Shown: positions 45,199-55,806, counted from the stretch's first letter. The stretch: 64,000 bases of DNA from Fimbriimonadia bacterium (GCA_041483895.1 JBGPGO010000001.1:416001-480000); one strand, 5' to 3'. Notes: generated by a model from the sequence alone, not told the origin. Made by a program: numbers and translations.

Positions 45199-45570
45199 AT
45201 GAACGTAATCTCAAAGTTGTCGCGCCAATGGAGAGCTTTATTTTTCCCATCTACATTCCCAGCGGGAAAGCTTCCGGATGAATTTGAGAGACTCAAGGAA
45301 GTTCTCGGCGTTATCGGTGGTATGTCACAGGATGAGGAAGTGGAATCGACCAAACTGCTATCGGATTCAATAAGGCATCTATCCCTTAGTCAGTTGAAGG
45401 AGCTACGCAAAGAGATCGACGACTTACAGGCGAGAGAGCCCTTTCCTATCGACGCGCTTGAGAACGAACTCACTGTGACCTTCGCCTCGGCAGCCAAAGG
45501 GTATGAATGGCTTCGACAATTTCGGGGCCAGGTTGAAAAGCGTCTCGCCGATAATTGGCCTGGTCGTTGA
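45199..45570 (+). CDS. Hypothetical helical protein (weakly CdiI-immunity-like)
   Basis: AT-richer ORF with TAGAAT 7 nt upstream; the family guess is weak. Confidence 0.5.
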   Translation: MNVISKLSRQWRALFFPSTFPAGKLPDEFERLKEVLGVIGGMSQDEEVESTKLLSDSIRHLSLSQLKELRKEIDDLQAREPFPIDALENELTVTFASAAKGYEWLRQFRGQVEKRLADNWPGR

Positions 45571-45608
45571 GATACGAAAACACTTGCATTTCATCGACGA
45601 TCGCATCG

Positions 45609-46640
45609 TCAACATTCTGACAACAGACCCCATCGCAGGCCGCGGACGGAGACCCGAATTGTCTCGACTTTGAGCAGGTACATGCACCGCTCGAGGATGA
45701 GCGCGCCGGCATGGATCATCGGTCCTCTGCCGGATTCCATGCCGGGGAAGGCCTGCCGCTCGTCCGCCGAGAGTCGGCATAACACGCCGGCGTTCTTCCC
45801 TACCCATTCATAGTCCAGCTCGGCGCCATGCACCGCGTCCGGATTGAAATCCAATCCCCGGCGAATCGAGGCGAGATTGACGCCCGTTGCGCCGATAGTC
45901 ACAACCATGGAGGGCTCTATCTTGGAGGGCTCCGCTCTGTCGGAGCCGGATTTGGGAGGCGTACTTTCGGCTCCGATGGAACGGAGCCCTCCAAGGCATT
46001 CATCGATATATTTGAAGGCGCGGAAGATGGCGGCCTCGTCGCATGGACCGTAGCCGAGAACGTCTTGGATGAGACGTAGCGATCCGATGGGATGGCTGAC
46101 CGCGCTGTCGGCGGTCGAAAACTCGGTCGATGCTCCACCGATATCGACCACCGTCAATATCGGCGTATTGCCAAACGCCGGATCCTCCGCCACGGAAAGG
46201 AACCCGTATCGGGCCTCTTCTTCCCCGGTCAGAACGCGGATGCGTATCCCTTCATGCAGCAAGGGGCGCTCCAATTCGGAGCGGTTTTGCGCGCTTCTCA
46301 CCGCTTGTGTTCCCACAACCGTCACGCGATCCGCGCCATGCAAGTGTGCGGCGCGATGAAGATGAATCACGGCCTCGGCGGTGCGTCGCATGGATTCGGG
46401 CGAGAGGGTGATGGCAGGCGGCTCCGTTGGAACGGAGCCCTCCAAAGAAGAGCCCTCCAAAGAAGAGCCCTCCAGAACGGAGCCCACTAAGAGCGGCTCC
46501 GACGGAGCGGAGCCCTCCAAGAGACGGGTGATCACGCATTCTTCCCACACGCGGCGCCAAGGAGTGTCGTCCTCGCGTTCCGCCACCAAGCCGAGCACGG
46601 AGGTGGACCCGACGTCAATCACACCGGTCCGGCGAAGCAT
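45609..46640 (-). CDS. ppx: Ppx/GppA exopolyphosphatase-family protein with in-frame REP insertions
   Basis: VIDVGSTS, VGTQAVRSAQN, GEEEARY, DIGGASTE, GLRWG. Confidence 0.88.
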   Translation of the reverse strand: MLRRTGVIDVGSTSVLGLVAEREDDTPWRRVWEECVITRLLEGSAPSEPLLVGSVLEGSSLEGSSLEGSVPTEPPAITLSPESMRRTAEAVIHLHRAAHLHGADRVTVVGTQAVRSAQNRSELERPLLHEGIRIRVLTGEEEARYGFLSVAEDPAFGNTPILTVVDIGGASTEFSTADSAVSHPIGSLRLIQDVLGYGPCDEAAIFRAFKYIDECLGGLRSIGAESTPPKSGSDRAEPSKIEPSMVVTIGATGVNLASIRRGLDFNPDAVHGAELDYEWVGKNAGVLCRLSADERQAFPGMESGRGPMIHAGALILERCMYLLKVETIRVSVRGLRWGLLSEC

Positions 46641-47543
46641 CTAACGGATGTTGTTTCGCGCGACGATGTTGTCGGGATCGGTTTCCAGAACGCGCAGAAA
46701 TTCCGCTTGGGCCGCCAAGGGCTGATCCGAATCGCGGAAAGTGACAGCCAAGTGCAATCGGGCCTCCACATAGTTCGGGTTGACTTCCAGCGCCTGGTTG
46801 AACTGCTGAATGCTCTGCTCGACTTTCCCCAACGCATGCAGCGCGAGACCGTAATGGCATCGCAAGTCGGCGAATTTTGGCTTGATCGCCAGTGCCTTCT
46901 CGTACTCTTCCGCCGCCTGTTGGTAGAGGCCCTTCTTGTACAGACCATCCGCTAACCGGGCATGGGACATCACGTCGTCCAGCGCCTCGGGAATCGACTC
47001 CAGCGCCACCATCGCCGTCTCATGTTCGCCGCTTTCGGATAGACCCTTGGCCCGTTCATAGCGGTCGTTGCGGAGCGAAGGATCGAGGGAGATCGCCTGC
47101 TCCGCGCGCTTCAATCCGCTCTCATATTCACCCTGTTGGTAGGCCTGGATGCCCTGCTCCAAAATCGCTTTGGCGAACTTGGGATTTAGGACCAAAGCCT
47201 CCGCGATATGGCCCTGCGCGACCTCGATGTCGCCGGCCTTGCGAGCCGCGACCGCCAGATAGTAGTGCAGGTCCGGATAGTTGGGGTGGATTTCCAGCGC
47301 GCTCACAAACTGCTTTGCCGCAGCCGAATAATCGTTGCGCTTAAGAGCCTGTTGCCCGAGCTGAGAATAGGCCTCGGCGCTGTAGAATTTCGCCAGCCGA
47401 GTGACCATCGAATCCTGCGGCTTCTGCAGAACCGCCACGAAGAGATCGATGGCCTCCTGATAGTTGCCCTCGTCGTAATATCGAATGGCGCGATCGTAGT
47501 TCTCATCGCGGCCATAGCCCATCATGCGTCCGACTACCGACAT
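46641..47543 (-). CDS. Tetratricopeptide repeat protein
   Basis: Multiple TPRs (ALEIHPNYPDLHYYLA, ALEVNPNYVEARLHLA). Confidence 0.92.
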   Translation of the reverse strand: MSVVGRMMGYGRDENYDRAIRYYDEGNYQEAIDLFVAVLQKPQDSMVTRLAKFYSAEAYSQLGQQALKRNDYSAAAKQFVSALEIHPNYPDLHYYLAVAARKAGDIEVAQGHIAEALVLNPKFAKAILEQGIQAYQQGEYESGLKRAEQAISLDPSLRNDRYERAKGLSESGEHETAMVALESIPEALDDVMSHARLADGLYKKGLYQQAAEEYEKALAIKPKFADLRCHYGLALHALGKVEQSIQQFNQALEVNPNYVEARLHLAVTFRDSDQPLAAQAEFLRVLETDPDNIVARNNIR

Positions 47544-47564
47544 TTTCGTCCCTCCGATTTGGGG

Positions 47565-48863
47565 TTACGAGGCAGCGCGACCGATGCCATAGTACTCGAA
47601 ACCCGCCTTGCTCGCCCGCGCCGGGTCATAAATGTTGCGGCCGTCGAACAGATAGGGCCGCCGGACAATGGCGCGGAGCCGCTCAAGATTGAGCTGCTTG
47701 AATTCATTCCATTCCGTAACGATGAGCACGGCGTCCGCACCCTCCGCCGCTTCGTACGCGTTGGCGCAGTAGGTGATCTCCGGATAGAGTTTGCGGAAGT
47801 TCTCCGTCGCGACCGCATCGTAGGCACGGATCTTCGCCCCGTCCGCCAGGAGCATTTTCACGATCTCGATCGATTTCGCATCGCGCAGGTCGTCCGTGTT
47901 GGGTTTGAATGCCAGTCCGAGCACGGCAATCGTCGCGCCATCGAGGGTGCCGAGGCGCTGACGCACCTTGTTCACAAACCGTATCGGCTGGTCTACGTTG
48001 ATGCGGTAGGTCTCTTCCAAAAGCTCCAGCGGATAGTCCAGTTTTCGGGCGGTGCTGATCAGGCCCAAAACATCTTTCGGGAAGCAGCTTCCGCCCCATC
48101 CCAGCCCCGCGTTTAGGAATGCGGAACCGATGCGATTATCGTAGCCCATCCCTTTGCTGACCTGCATCACGTCCGCGCCGCACTCCTCGCACAGATTGGC
48201 GATGGCGTTGATGAAGCTGATCTTCATCGCGAGGAAGCAGTTGGAGGCGTATTTGATGATTTCCGCGCTGGCAAGGTCGGTGATCAGCATCGGGCGCTCG
48301 ATCGGCGCGTACAGCTCCACCAGCTTGTTCGCGGCTTCTCGGCGAGAGGAGCCGATGACGATTCGATCTGGGCACAGCGTATCGTGGATGGCCGAGCCCT
48401 CGCGAAGGAATTCGGGATTGGAAACCACATCAAAACTGTCCGGTCTCGCCCCGCCGGCGAGCAGCAGATCGCGCACCCAATCGCCCGTTCCTACCGGCAC
48501 TGTGGATTTGTTGACGACGACGGTGTAGTGATCGATGTTCGGGCCGATCTGTTTCGCGACCGCCTCGACCTGACTGAGGTCGGGTACGCCGTCCTCGCCC
48601 GACGGGGTGCCGACCGCAATGAACACCACATCCGCCCAGCGAACGGCGTCGGCCAACTCCGTTGTGAAGACGAGCCGGTTCTCCGCCAGGCCACGCGTGA
48701 TCAGCTCGTCAATCCCCGGTTCATAGATCGGGGACTTCCCTTTTCGGAGCATGTCGATCTTCGCCGCGTCCTTATCGATGCAGCGGACTTCGTTGCCGAG
48801 GTCCGCAAAAACAACTCCGGTCACAAGACCGACATAGCCGGTGCCAACGACGCAAATATTCAT
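47565..48863 (-). CDS. ugd: UDP-glucose 6-dehydrogenase
   Basis: GTGYVG, IAVGTP, KSTVPVGT, SNPEFLREG, GGSCFPKD, GLAFKPNTDD. Confidence 0.96.
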   Translation of the reverse strand: MNICVVGTGYVGLVTGVVFADLGNEVRCIDKDAAKIDMLRKGKSPIYEPGIDELITRGLAENRLVFTTELADAVRWADVVFIAVGTPSGEDGVPDLSQVEAVAKQIGPNIDHYTVVVNKSTVPVGTGDWVRDLLLAGGARPDSFDVVSNPEFLREGSAIHDTLCPDRIVIGSSRREAANKLVELYAPIERPMLITDLASAEIIKYASNCFLAMKISFINAIANLCEECGADVMQVSKGMGYDNRIGSAFLNAGLGWGGSCFPKDVLGLISTARKLDYPLELLEETYRINVDQPIRFVNKVRQRLGTLDGATIAVLGLAFKPNTDDLRDAKSIEIVKMLLADGAKIRAYDAVATENFRKLYPEITYCANAYEAAEGADAVLIVTEWNEFKQLNLERLRAIVRRPYLFDGRNIYDPARASKAGFEYYGIGRAAS

Positions 48864-48917
48864 GGATTACTCTAGTTTTCGGCAGATTCTTGCCTGAATT
48901 GGACCCTGATGAACCCT

Positions 48918-48947
48918 TTACGGCATGGTACCGCTTACCAGGCGGCT
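48918..48947 (-). repeat. Duplicate of the rseP 3' end (copy C)
   Basis: Minus strand AGC CGC CTG GTA AGC GGT ACC ATG CCG TAA. Confidence 0.9.
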
Positions 48948-48965
48948 ATTGCCTACGAGACCGGG

Positions 48966-49724
48966 CTACCGATGAACCTTGAGCGGCGGGTGCGGTGGAC
49001 CGCCAAATGCGATGCCGCTGTATGGCGGAATACTGAGTATTTCGGATGGGTATAGCCAACGGACCTTTTTCAAAGGGACGCTCGCGGGAAGGCAGTAAAC
49101 GCGAACCTCCAGAAGGTATCGCCCAACCTGCTGGAGCGTCGCCTTGTCTTTGAGCGACAAAAGCGGCGCGAGCTTCGCAGTTGGAATCAGGCTTGCGGGA
49201 AATTCCACCTCGATCTCCGATCCCTGGACGCGCAACTTCCCGGCGGCGAGAACCTTCGCTGTATAAGATCGGCTGTCCTTTGACATCTGGCCGCGGACGA
49301 TCGCGGCCTGGTTTGGATCAAGTGACGCTGCCGAACCATAGGAACCGGATACCACGCCGACGATCTTCGTCTCCGTTTGACGATCCTTGGGCGGGAACAC
49401 GTCGCCGAGGAATATTTCGACCCAAAAGAATCCTTGCGACCCCTTCGGTATCTCCGCGCCCATCTGGAAGATGAATTTGACGGTATCGCCCTGAGAAATC
49501 AATGTTAGCACGCGCAGGTCCGCGTAAGCGGGGGCTTTGAATTCGACAGGTCCCTGATCGCTGTCCGCAGGCCAATATTCAACTTGCGCATGCGGAACGT
49601 CACAATTCCAAGAATTCTTCTTGTTTGTCTCCGCTTGCTGCTCAGGCGCCACCGAGGCGAAAGCGAGTCGTATCCCCAGAACGCCCACCACCCCAACGAC
49701 CAACGAGCGACGATAGCGCTTCAT
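48966..49724 (-). CDS. Hypothetical secreted protein (cassette 2)
   Basis: N-terminal hydrophobic segment; paralogue of 49782-50549 (AP.YADLR, GRYLLE.RVYCLPAS, IPPYSGI..GGP.HPPLK). Confidence 0.8.
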   Translation of the reverse strand: MKRYRRSLVVGVVGVLGIRLAFASVAPEQQAETNKKNSWNCDVPHAQVEYWPADSDQGPVEFKAPAYADLRVLTLISQGDTVKFIFQMGAEIPKGSQGFFWVEIFLGDVFPPKDRQTETKIVGVVSGSYGSAASLDPNQAAIVRGQMSKDSRSYTAKVLAAGKLRVQGSEIEVEFPASLIPTAKLAPLLSLKDKATLQQVGRYLLEVRVYCLPASVPLKKVRWLYPSEILSIPPYSGIAFGGPPHPPLKVHR

Positions 49725-49732
49725 TTCCCCTC

Positions 49733-49762
49733 CTACGGCATGGTACCGCTAACCAGGCGAGT
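49733..49762 (-). repeat. Duplicate of the rseP 3' end (copy B)
   Basis: Minus strand ACT CGC CTG GTT AGC GGT ACC ATG CCG TAG. Confidence 0.9.
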
Positions 49763-49781
49763 AAATAATATCCAGAGAGGG

Positions 49782-50549
49782 TTATCGCTTCGGTCCGCTT
49801 GCGTTTCGGGCCTTCAGCGGGGGATGTTCGGGACCGCCGAGCAGTATGCCGCTGTAGGGAGGAATGCAGATATCGTCGGTCCGATAGACCCAGCGGACCG
49901 AATCCGTTGGGATGCTGGCGGGCAGGCAATACACGCGCGCCTCAAGCAGGTAACGGCCCAGTTCCTTCCAATTGCCCATGCCTTTCACATTGAACAGCGA
50001 GATAAGTTTTTGCGGAGGTATTTCGGTGGCTGGGAATTCCAGCTCCACCTTTGATCCCTGAATTTGCATAGTGGCCACGCTCAGCACGCTGGCGCTATAA
50101 CTTTTCCCGTCAGGCGCGGGGCGGCCGAGGACGATGGCCGTTTGGCCTGCGTTCAAGGCAGGCTCGGATCCGTAAGAACCTAACACCACAGCGACGATTT
50201 TCTTATGCGGAGTTCGGTCCCAATAAGGAAAAACGTCGAAGAGGTCGATCTCGAACCAGAGTTGGTCCGTTGCATCTTTGGGAATGGGTGCTGCCATTTG
50301 AAGCACAAATTTGACGGATTCGCTGCTCGCGCTTACGGTGAGAATTCGTAAGTCCGCGTAGCTCGGAGCTGCCACTTCGACCGGAGCGTAATCTTTCCCC
50401 TTGGCAAGATAACTCACCCATGGGGACCCGCATCTTCGAGCCCAAGAAATATGCTGCGTGTCTCCAGGCGTTTGGATGCCGGACGAGAATAAGCGTGCGA
50501 CCGATGCCATCGCCATTAGGATTGAAAAGCTCATGACGAGGACCTCCAT
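49782..50549 (-). CDS. Hypothetical secreted protein (cassette 1)
   Basis: Paralogue of 48966-49724. Confidence 0.8.
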   Translation of the reverse strand: MEVLVMSFSILMAMASVARLFSSGIQTPGDTQHISWARRCGSPWVSYLAKGKDYAPVEVAAPSYADLRILTVSASSESVKFVLQMAAPIPKDATDQLWFEIDLFDVFPYWDRTPHKKIVAVVLGSYGSEPALNAGQTAIVLGRPAPDGKSYSASVLSVATMQIQGSKVELEFPATEIPPQKLISLFNVKGMGNWKELGRYLLEARVYCLPASIPTDSVRWVYRTDDICIPPYSGILLGGPEHPPLKARNASGPKR

Positions 50550-50676
50550 ACTGACAAGTAATAGCCGATTGACGATTCGTACGAAATCATCATTACTCAG
50601 CCTTTGTACGCAGTTTAGCGATCTCTGGGTGCCTTGTCAAGCGCGGGAGACCACAAATTCCGTATAACTCGCGCCG

Positions 50677-51747
50677 CTACGGCATGGTACCGCTAACGAG
50701 GCGGGTGATGTCCAGGGTCATGACGAGTAGGAAGATGGCGGCGAGAATGACGAGGCCGGCCGCTTGGATTCTCATCTGCGCCGCCGCCGAGAAACGCCGT
50801 CCGCCCCGCAGGAATTCCACAAAATACAGAAACAGGTGCCCGCCGTCCAGCACTGGGATCGGCAGCAGGTTGATCACGCCCAGCGATAGGCTGAGCTGGC
50901 CAGCCAGCGATAGCACCTCGGCGAATCCGCGCTGCGATGCCTGAGATGTGACGCTGACGATAGCCACGGGACCCCCGATGCTCTCAAATGCGAACTTGCT
51001 GGTGAGCGTTCCCACAAGAAGCATGATGTTCCCGCCGAATTCCGCAGTCGCCGTCGAGACCGAGCCGGCGACCCCAACGCGCTTGCGCTCCATGTCCGGC
51101 ATGCAGAAAATGCGCCCGATCTGTATCTTCTTCGGCCGCAGCGGATCGGAAATGTCGGGAACCGTGTCCTTCTCCGGCACGACAATCGTGCTGAACTGTT
51201 CCCCCTTGCGCTCCAGCGTCAATTGGATCGGCCGGTCAACGCTCATATGGATGCGCTCAGCCAGTTGATCCCACTTCGTTACAGGCTCCCCCTCGATGGC
51301 AAGGACTCGATCCCCATCGCGGATGCCCGCATTCCATGCAACCTTATCCTTTTGCACCGTGCCAAAGGTCGGGGGTTCTGTCAGCGTCATGATTCCGTAA
51401 GTCGTGCCGACGACGATGAAGAGTATGTATCCGAGGAGAAGGCTCATGAAAGGCCCGGCAAGAATGACGATCGCGCGCTTGAATAGCGGCGCATCCTGGA
51501 ACGCCCGTTCTTCCGGAGCGTAGTCCCCTGGCGCCATCCCGTGTATGGCCACGAACCCGCCGATCGGCCATGGACCGACGCTGAACTCGGTATCCCCCCA
51601 CTGCCCAAGCCGGATGAATGATTTGCCAAAGCCGACCTGGAACCTGTCCGCGCGCACATTGGCCCAGCGGGCAGCGAAAAAGTGCCCTAGCTCGTGAACG
51701 ATGACGAGCAGGAAGAATATGAATAGGACGTTGATTACTGTAAGCAA
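50677..51747 (-). CDS. rseP: RseP-like site-2 (M50) metalloprotease with PDZ domain
   Basis: HELGH, AGPFMS, GIRDGDRV, NLLPIPVLDGG; follows dxr. Confidence 0.94.
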   Translation of the reverse strand: MLTVINVLFIFFLLVIVHELGHFFAARWANVRADRFQVGFGKSFIRLGQWGDTEFSVGPWPIGGFVAIHGMAPGDYAPEERAFQDAPLFKRAIVILAGPFMSLLLGYILFIVVGTTYGIMTLTEPPTFGTVQKDKVAWNAGIRDGDRVLAIEGEPVTKWDQLAERIHMSVDRPIQLTLERKGEQFSTIVVPEKDTVPDISDPLRPKKIQIGRIFCMPDMERKRVGVAGSVSTATAEFGGNIMLLVGTLTSKFAFESIGGPVAIVSVTSQASQRGFAEVLSLAGQLSLSLGVINLLPIPVLDGGHLFLYFVEFLRGGRRFSAAAQMRIQAAGLVILAAIFLLVMTLDITRLVSGTMP

Positions 51748-52886
51748 GCGCCCACCGTTTCCGTTTTTGCTTTGGCCGCGTCTCGCGCCCATATGTCAGC
51801 GGCAATGACCGCCTCCAGTGTAGCTTCCACAGGCGGATGGTCGGCCATGACTGATTCTAGAATACGGGGAATGTCCATGAATGTTATCTTTCCATCTAAG
51901 AACATCGGTACCAACGCCTCATTCGCTCCGTTCAATACCGCCGGCATCGTACCTCCGGCCTCCAATGCCTCGTAGGCAAGGCGGAGACACGGGAAAGCGT
52001 TTTCGTCTACAGGCTCGAGCGATAGGCTGTAAGATTTGCTGAAATCAAATCTCTCCAGACCGGTATCTTGCCTTTCCGGATGGAGCAAGGCCACTTGGAT
52101 CGGCATCCGCATGTCCGGGTAGCCAAGCTGAGCCAACATCGACCCATCGACGAATTGGACGATGGAGTGCAGGATGCTTTGCGGGTGGACGACAACTTCG
52201 ATCTTCTCCGGCGGGAGGCCAAAAAGCCAATGCGCTTCGATCACTTCCAGTCCCTTGTTCATCAGCGTGGCCGAATCGATGGTGATTTTTGGTCCCATGC
52301 GCCATGTGGGATGGGCCAGCGCCATGTCGGGAGTCACGGTTGCCAGTTGGTCTCGCGTCCAGCCGCGGAACGGTCCGCCGGAGGCAGTCAGAATGACCTG
52401 ATCAAGATTGTCCCGGCCCCGTCCATCGAGGCATTGGAAGATCGCGCTATGCTCGCTGTCGATCGGCAGAAGCTGGTCTTGGCGCGTGATTGCTCGGGTC
52501 ACGGCCTGGCCGGCGGCGACCAGCACCTCTTTGCTGGCGAGGGCGATGGTCTTTCCTCTTTGCAAAGCAATCAGGGTCGGCTTCAGTCCAATCATGCCGG
52601 AAACGCTGACGACGAGCATGTCGTAATCGGCTTCTCCCGCCATCTCGGCCATCGCGTCGGGTCCCACCAGAGCGCGGCAACCATCCGGCAGACCGTCGAG
52701 CGTAGCGCCCTGAGTCAAAGCCGCATAGGAAGCGCGCCATTTTCGAGCCTGCTCCGCCACGAGATCGGCATTCCGCGCGGCCGCCAATCCGACTACTTCA
52801 ATCTGTCCCCCCAGGCGCTCGCATACGTCGAGGACCTGGCGGCCAATCGAACCCGTTGATCCGAGCAACAGGATGCGCTTAGCCAC
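51735..52886 (-). CDS. dxr: 1-deoxy-D-xylulose-5-phosphate reductoisomerase
   Basis: LGSTGSIG, PIDSEHSAIFQ, LTASGGPF, HPTWRMGPKITIDSATLMNKGLEVIEA. Confidence 0.97.
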   Translation of the reverse strand: MAKRILLLGSTGSIGRQVLDVCERLGGQIEVVGLAAARNADLVAEQARKWRASYAALTQGATLDGLPDGCRALVGPDAMAEMAGEADYDMLVVSVSGMIGLKPTLIALQRGKTIALASKEVLVAAGQAVTRAITRQDQLLPIDSEHSAIFQCLDGRGRDNLDQVILTASGGPFRGWTRDQLATVTPDMALAHPTWRMGPKITIDSATLMNKGLEVIEAHWLFGLPPEKIEVVVHPQSILHSIVQFVDGSMLAQLGYPDMRMPIQVALLHPERQDTGLERFDFSKSYSLSLEPVDENAFPCLRLAYEALEAGGTMPAVLNGANEALVPMFLDGKITFMDIPRILESVMADHPPVEATLEAVIAADIWARDAAKAKTETVGACLQ

Positions 52887-53673
52887 GAGTCAGCCCGCCA
52901 AATTTGCGCGTCCGGTCTTGATAATCCAAGACCGCATCAAACATGGCTTCCTCTTTGAATTCCGGCCAGAGTGATTTCGATATGTGGAGTTCGCAATATG
53001 CCGATTGCCAGAGCAAGAAGTTGCTCACGCGCAGGTCCCCACCGGTTCGGATCATGAGGTCCGGGTCCGGCAGATCGGGATGGTACAGCCTGCGCGCGAT
53101 GTCCTGCTCCGTAACGGCCTCCGGCTCGATGGCCCCTTCCCGCACGTCCGCGGCAATCTTTCGCACCGCGTCCACGATCTCCGCCCGTCCACCGTAATTA
53201 ATCGCTAGGTTGAACACCATGCGCGTATTGTCCTTCGTCGTCTCCGCGCCGATCGCTAATGCCTCTCGCAGGCCGGCGGGCACTTCGTCCAACCTGCCGC
53301 TGGAGAGTACGCGCACGTTGTTCTGGTGGAGCACTCGGAGCTCATCCCGCGCCGCCCGCTCGATCAGCTTGAACAGCCCGGCCACTTCGTCATTCGGGCG
53401 TCGCCAATTCTCGGCGCTGAAAGCATAGACGGTGAGGACCTTGATTCCGAGATCAGCGGCGTCCAGCAGCACGCCGCGAAGATTCTTGTATCCCTGGCGA
53501 TGGCCGAACAGGCGGGGTTTGCCGCGCATTTGCGCCCATCGGCCGTTCCCGTCCATGATGATTGCGACGTGGACCGGCAGTCGGTCGAGGTCGATGCCGT
53601 GCCGCTCCGCGCGTTCTCGGATCGGGTTGTCGGTCGGGGGAAGCAGGCCGAGCATGCCCGCGCGGTCTCCCAC
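52879..53673 (-). CDS. uppS: Undecaprenyl diphosphate synthase
   Basis: HVAIIMDGNGRWA, YAFSAENWRRP, NYGGRAEI, IRTGGDLRVSNFLLWQ. Confidence 0.97.
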   Translation of the reverse strand: MGDRAGMLGLLPPTDNPIRERAERHGIDLDRLPVHVAIIMDGNGRWAQMRGKPRLFGHRQGYKNLRGVLLDAADLGIKVLTVYAFSAENWRRPNDEVAGLFKLIERAARDELRVLHQNNVRVLSSGRLDEVPAGLREALAIGAETTKDNTRMVFNLAINYGGRAEIVDAVRKIAADVREGAIEPEAVTEQDIARRLYHPDLPDPDLMIRTGGDLRVSNFLLWQSAYCELHISKSLWPEFKEEAMFDAVLDYQDRTRKFGGLTRG

Positions 53674-54230
53674 TAGACCTCCATCAACTCCTCTTCCTTG
53701 GCCTTCTGAATATCGTGTATCTGCTCGACGTATTGATCGGTCAGCTTCTGCAGCTTTTGTTCAGCCCGCTTGAGATCGTCCTCGGACACCTCGTGATTCT
53801 TTTCCGACTGTTTCATGTGGTTGTGGGCATCGCGCCGGATGTTGCGAACCCCCACGCAGCCCTCTTCTGCCCGCGCGTGAAGCTGCTTTACCATATCCTT
53901 GCGGCGCTCCTCGGTCATCGCCGGGACGTTGAGCCGGATGCCGCTGCCATCGGTAATCGGGTTGATTCCAAGGTCGCTCTTTAGAATTGCCCGCTCAATG
54001 TTCGGCGTTGCCGATTTGTCATAAGGCGTGACGAGAAGCTGGCGCGGCTCCGGCACGCTGATATTCGCAACCTGATTAATTGGGGTCGGGGTGCCGTAAT
54101 AGTCAACCATCACCCGTTCCAGCATTTGCGGGTTGGCCCGGCCGGTTCGCAGCCGCTGAAAGTCATGCCCGGCGGCCTCAACCGCCTGCTGCATCTTCTG
54201 TTCCGCTTTGTGAAGCATATCGTCGATCAT
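53673..54230 (-). CDS. frr: Ribosome recycling factor
   Basis: [30 protein letters not shown]. Confidence 0.98.
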   Translation of the reverse strand: MIDDMLHKAEQKMQQAVEAAGHDFQRLRTGRANPQMLERVMVDYYGTPTPINQVANISVPEPRQLLVTPYDKSATPNIERAILKSDLGINPITDGSGIRLNVPAMTEERRKDMVKQLHARAEEGCVGVRNIRRDAHNHMKQSEKNHEVSEDDLKRAEQKLQKLTDQYVEQIHDIQKAKEEELMEV

Positions 54231-54958
54231 GTCTCTTGACCTCCTACCGTCGTACCGATTGACTCTCCCGAAAGCGCCCGTTGGATACTGTGCTCCTCAT
54301 TGAGGGCGAACACAACGATGGGCAATTGGTGCTCTCGGCACATCGTGAACGCGGTCTGATCCATTACGGCGAGCCTGCGCTCAATAGCATCATCATACGA
54401 CAGATATTGGTATTTTCTTGCATCCGAACTCTTGAGCGGGTCCTTATCGTACACGCCGTCCACTTTTGTAGCCTTGAATAGGGCGTCCGCTCCAATTTCC
54501 AGAGCGCGCAGGACTGCTGCTGTGTCGGTACTGAAAAACGGGTTTCCAGTTCCGGCGGCTAAGATAACGATGCGGCCCTTCTCAAGGTGCCGGATCGCGC
54601 GGCGGCGGATAAACGGCTCGGAAACCTCTCGAACGGCGATCGCGCTCTGCAGCCGCGTCACGACTCCCAACTTCTCCAGCGCCTGTTGGAGGGCAAGGGC
54701 ATTGATGATCGTCCCCAGCATGCCCATATAGTCGGCGGTCGCCTGATCCGCGCCTTCCATGGACGCGGTGGCGCCGCGAATGATGTTGCCGCCACCCACT
54801 ACCAGAGCTATTTCTATGCCGAGAGACTGAGCCTCCTGGATTTTCCCTGCGATTCCGAAGACGGCAGACGTATCGATGCCAAACCCGCGCTCCCCGGCGA
54901 GCGCCTCGCCGGACAGCTTGAGCAGAACTCGCTTGTACTTTGGGCCGGCATCCTCCAC
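54227..54958 (-). CDS. pyrH: UMP kinase
   Basis: [33 protein letters not shown]. Confidence 0.98.
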   Translation of the reverse strand: MEDAGPKYKRVLLKLSGEALAGERGFGIDTSAVFGIAGKIQEAQSLGIEIALVVGGGNIIRGATASMEGADQATADYMGMLGTIINALALQQALEKLGVVTRLQSAIAVREVSEPFIRRRAIRHLEKGRIVILAAGTGNPFFSTDTAAVLRALEIGADALFKATKVDGVYDKDPLKSSDARKYQYLSYDDAIERRLAVMDQTAFTMCREHQLPIVVFALNEEHSIQRALSGESIGTTVGGQET

Positions 54959-54963
54959 GCCCG

Positions 54964-55806
54964 TTAACCCCCTACTGCAAATCGTGTAAAGCCAACTACG
55001 GATACGCCCGGAACCTTTTCGACCATCTCTCGCACGGTCTGCGACTGTCCGAGATAGCCCTGCTCCAACAGGCAGACGGCCTGGAGGAAGTTCTTGTTGA
55101 CCCGTCCCTGGGCGATCTGCTCCGCGGCGGCCTCCGGTTTTCCATCGTTCATCGCGCGGGCCTTTTCTATTTCCAGCTCCCGTTTCAGCCGGTCCTGATC
55201 GACGTCGTCTCGGCTGACAAATTCCGGCGCGGCCCAGGCGACATGGATGCCGATTTGGTGGGCAAGCTCGACAGCGGCATCGCTCGTGATGCCACCTAAT
55301 TCGACCAGAACACCTTTCGTCTTGTCGTGATGGATGTAGGTGTCCACCAGCCCTTCCGGCGCCTGCCGAACCTTGACGTTCCCCAACTCGATTTTCTCGC
55401 CGATCTTGCCCACAGCGCTCGTAATCGCGGCCTCGACCGTACCGCCGGCGAGCGACAGGGCAAGAACCTCTTCGCGCGTCGCGCCGTCATTGGCCGAAGT
55501 CAAGGCAACGTCGGCGATCTGCTGCGCCAACTGAACGAAATCTGGATTTCGGGCAACGAAATCTGTTTCGCAACCCAAGGCGACCAGGGCAGCCTTCCGT
55601 CGATCACCCGTCTCGGCGCTGGCAATCACGCCTGCGCTCGCCTCCCGGCCGGCGCGCTTGACCGCAACCGCGACTCCGCGCTCGCGCAGAAGCTGTTTGG
55701 CCCTTTCGACGTCGCCTGCCGATTCGACCAAGGCCTTCTTGCAATCCATCATGGGAACCCCGGTGTCGTCCCGGAGCTCCTTTACCATCGCGGCAGTTAC
55801 TTCCAT
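54964..55806 (-). CDS. tsf: Elongation factor Ts
   Basis: [26 protein letters not shown]. Confidence 0.97.
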   Translation of the reverse strand: MEVTAAMVKELRDDTGVPMMDCKKALVESAGDVERAKQLLRERGVAVAVKRAGREASAGVIASAETGDRRKAALVALGCETDFVARNPDFVQLAQQIADVALTSANDGATREEVLALSLAGGTVEAAITSAVGKIGEKIELGNVKVRQAPEGLVDTYIHHDKTKGVLVELGGITSDAAVELAHQIGIHVAWAAPEFVSRDDVDQDRLKRELEIEKARAMNDGKPEAAAEQIAQGRVNKNFLQAVCLLEQGYLGQSQTVREMVEKVPGVSVVGFTRFAVGG

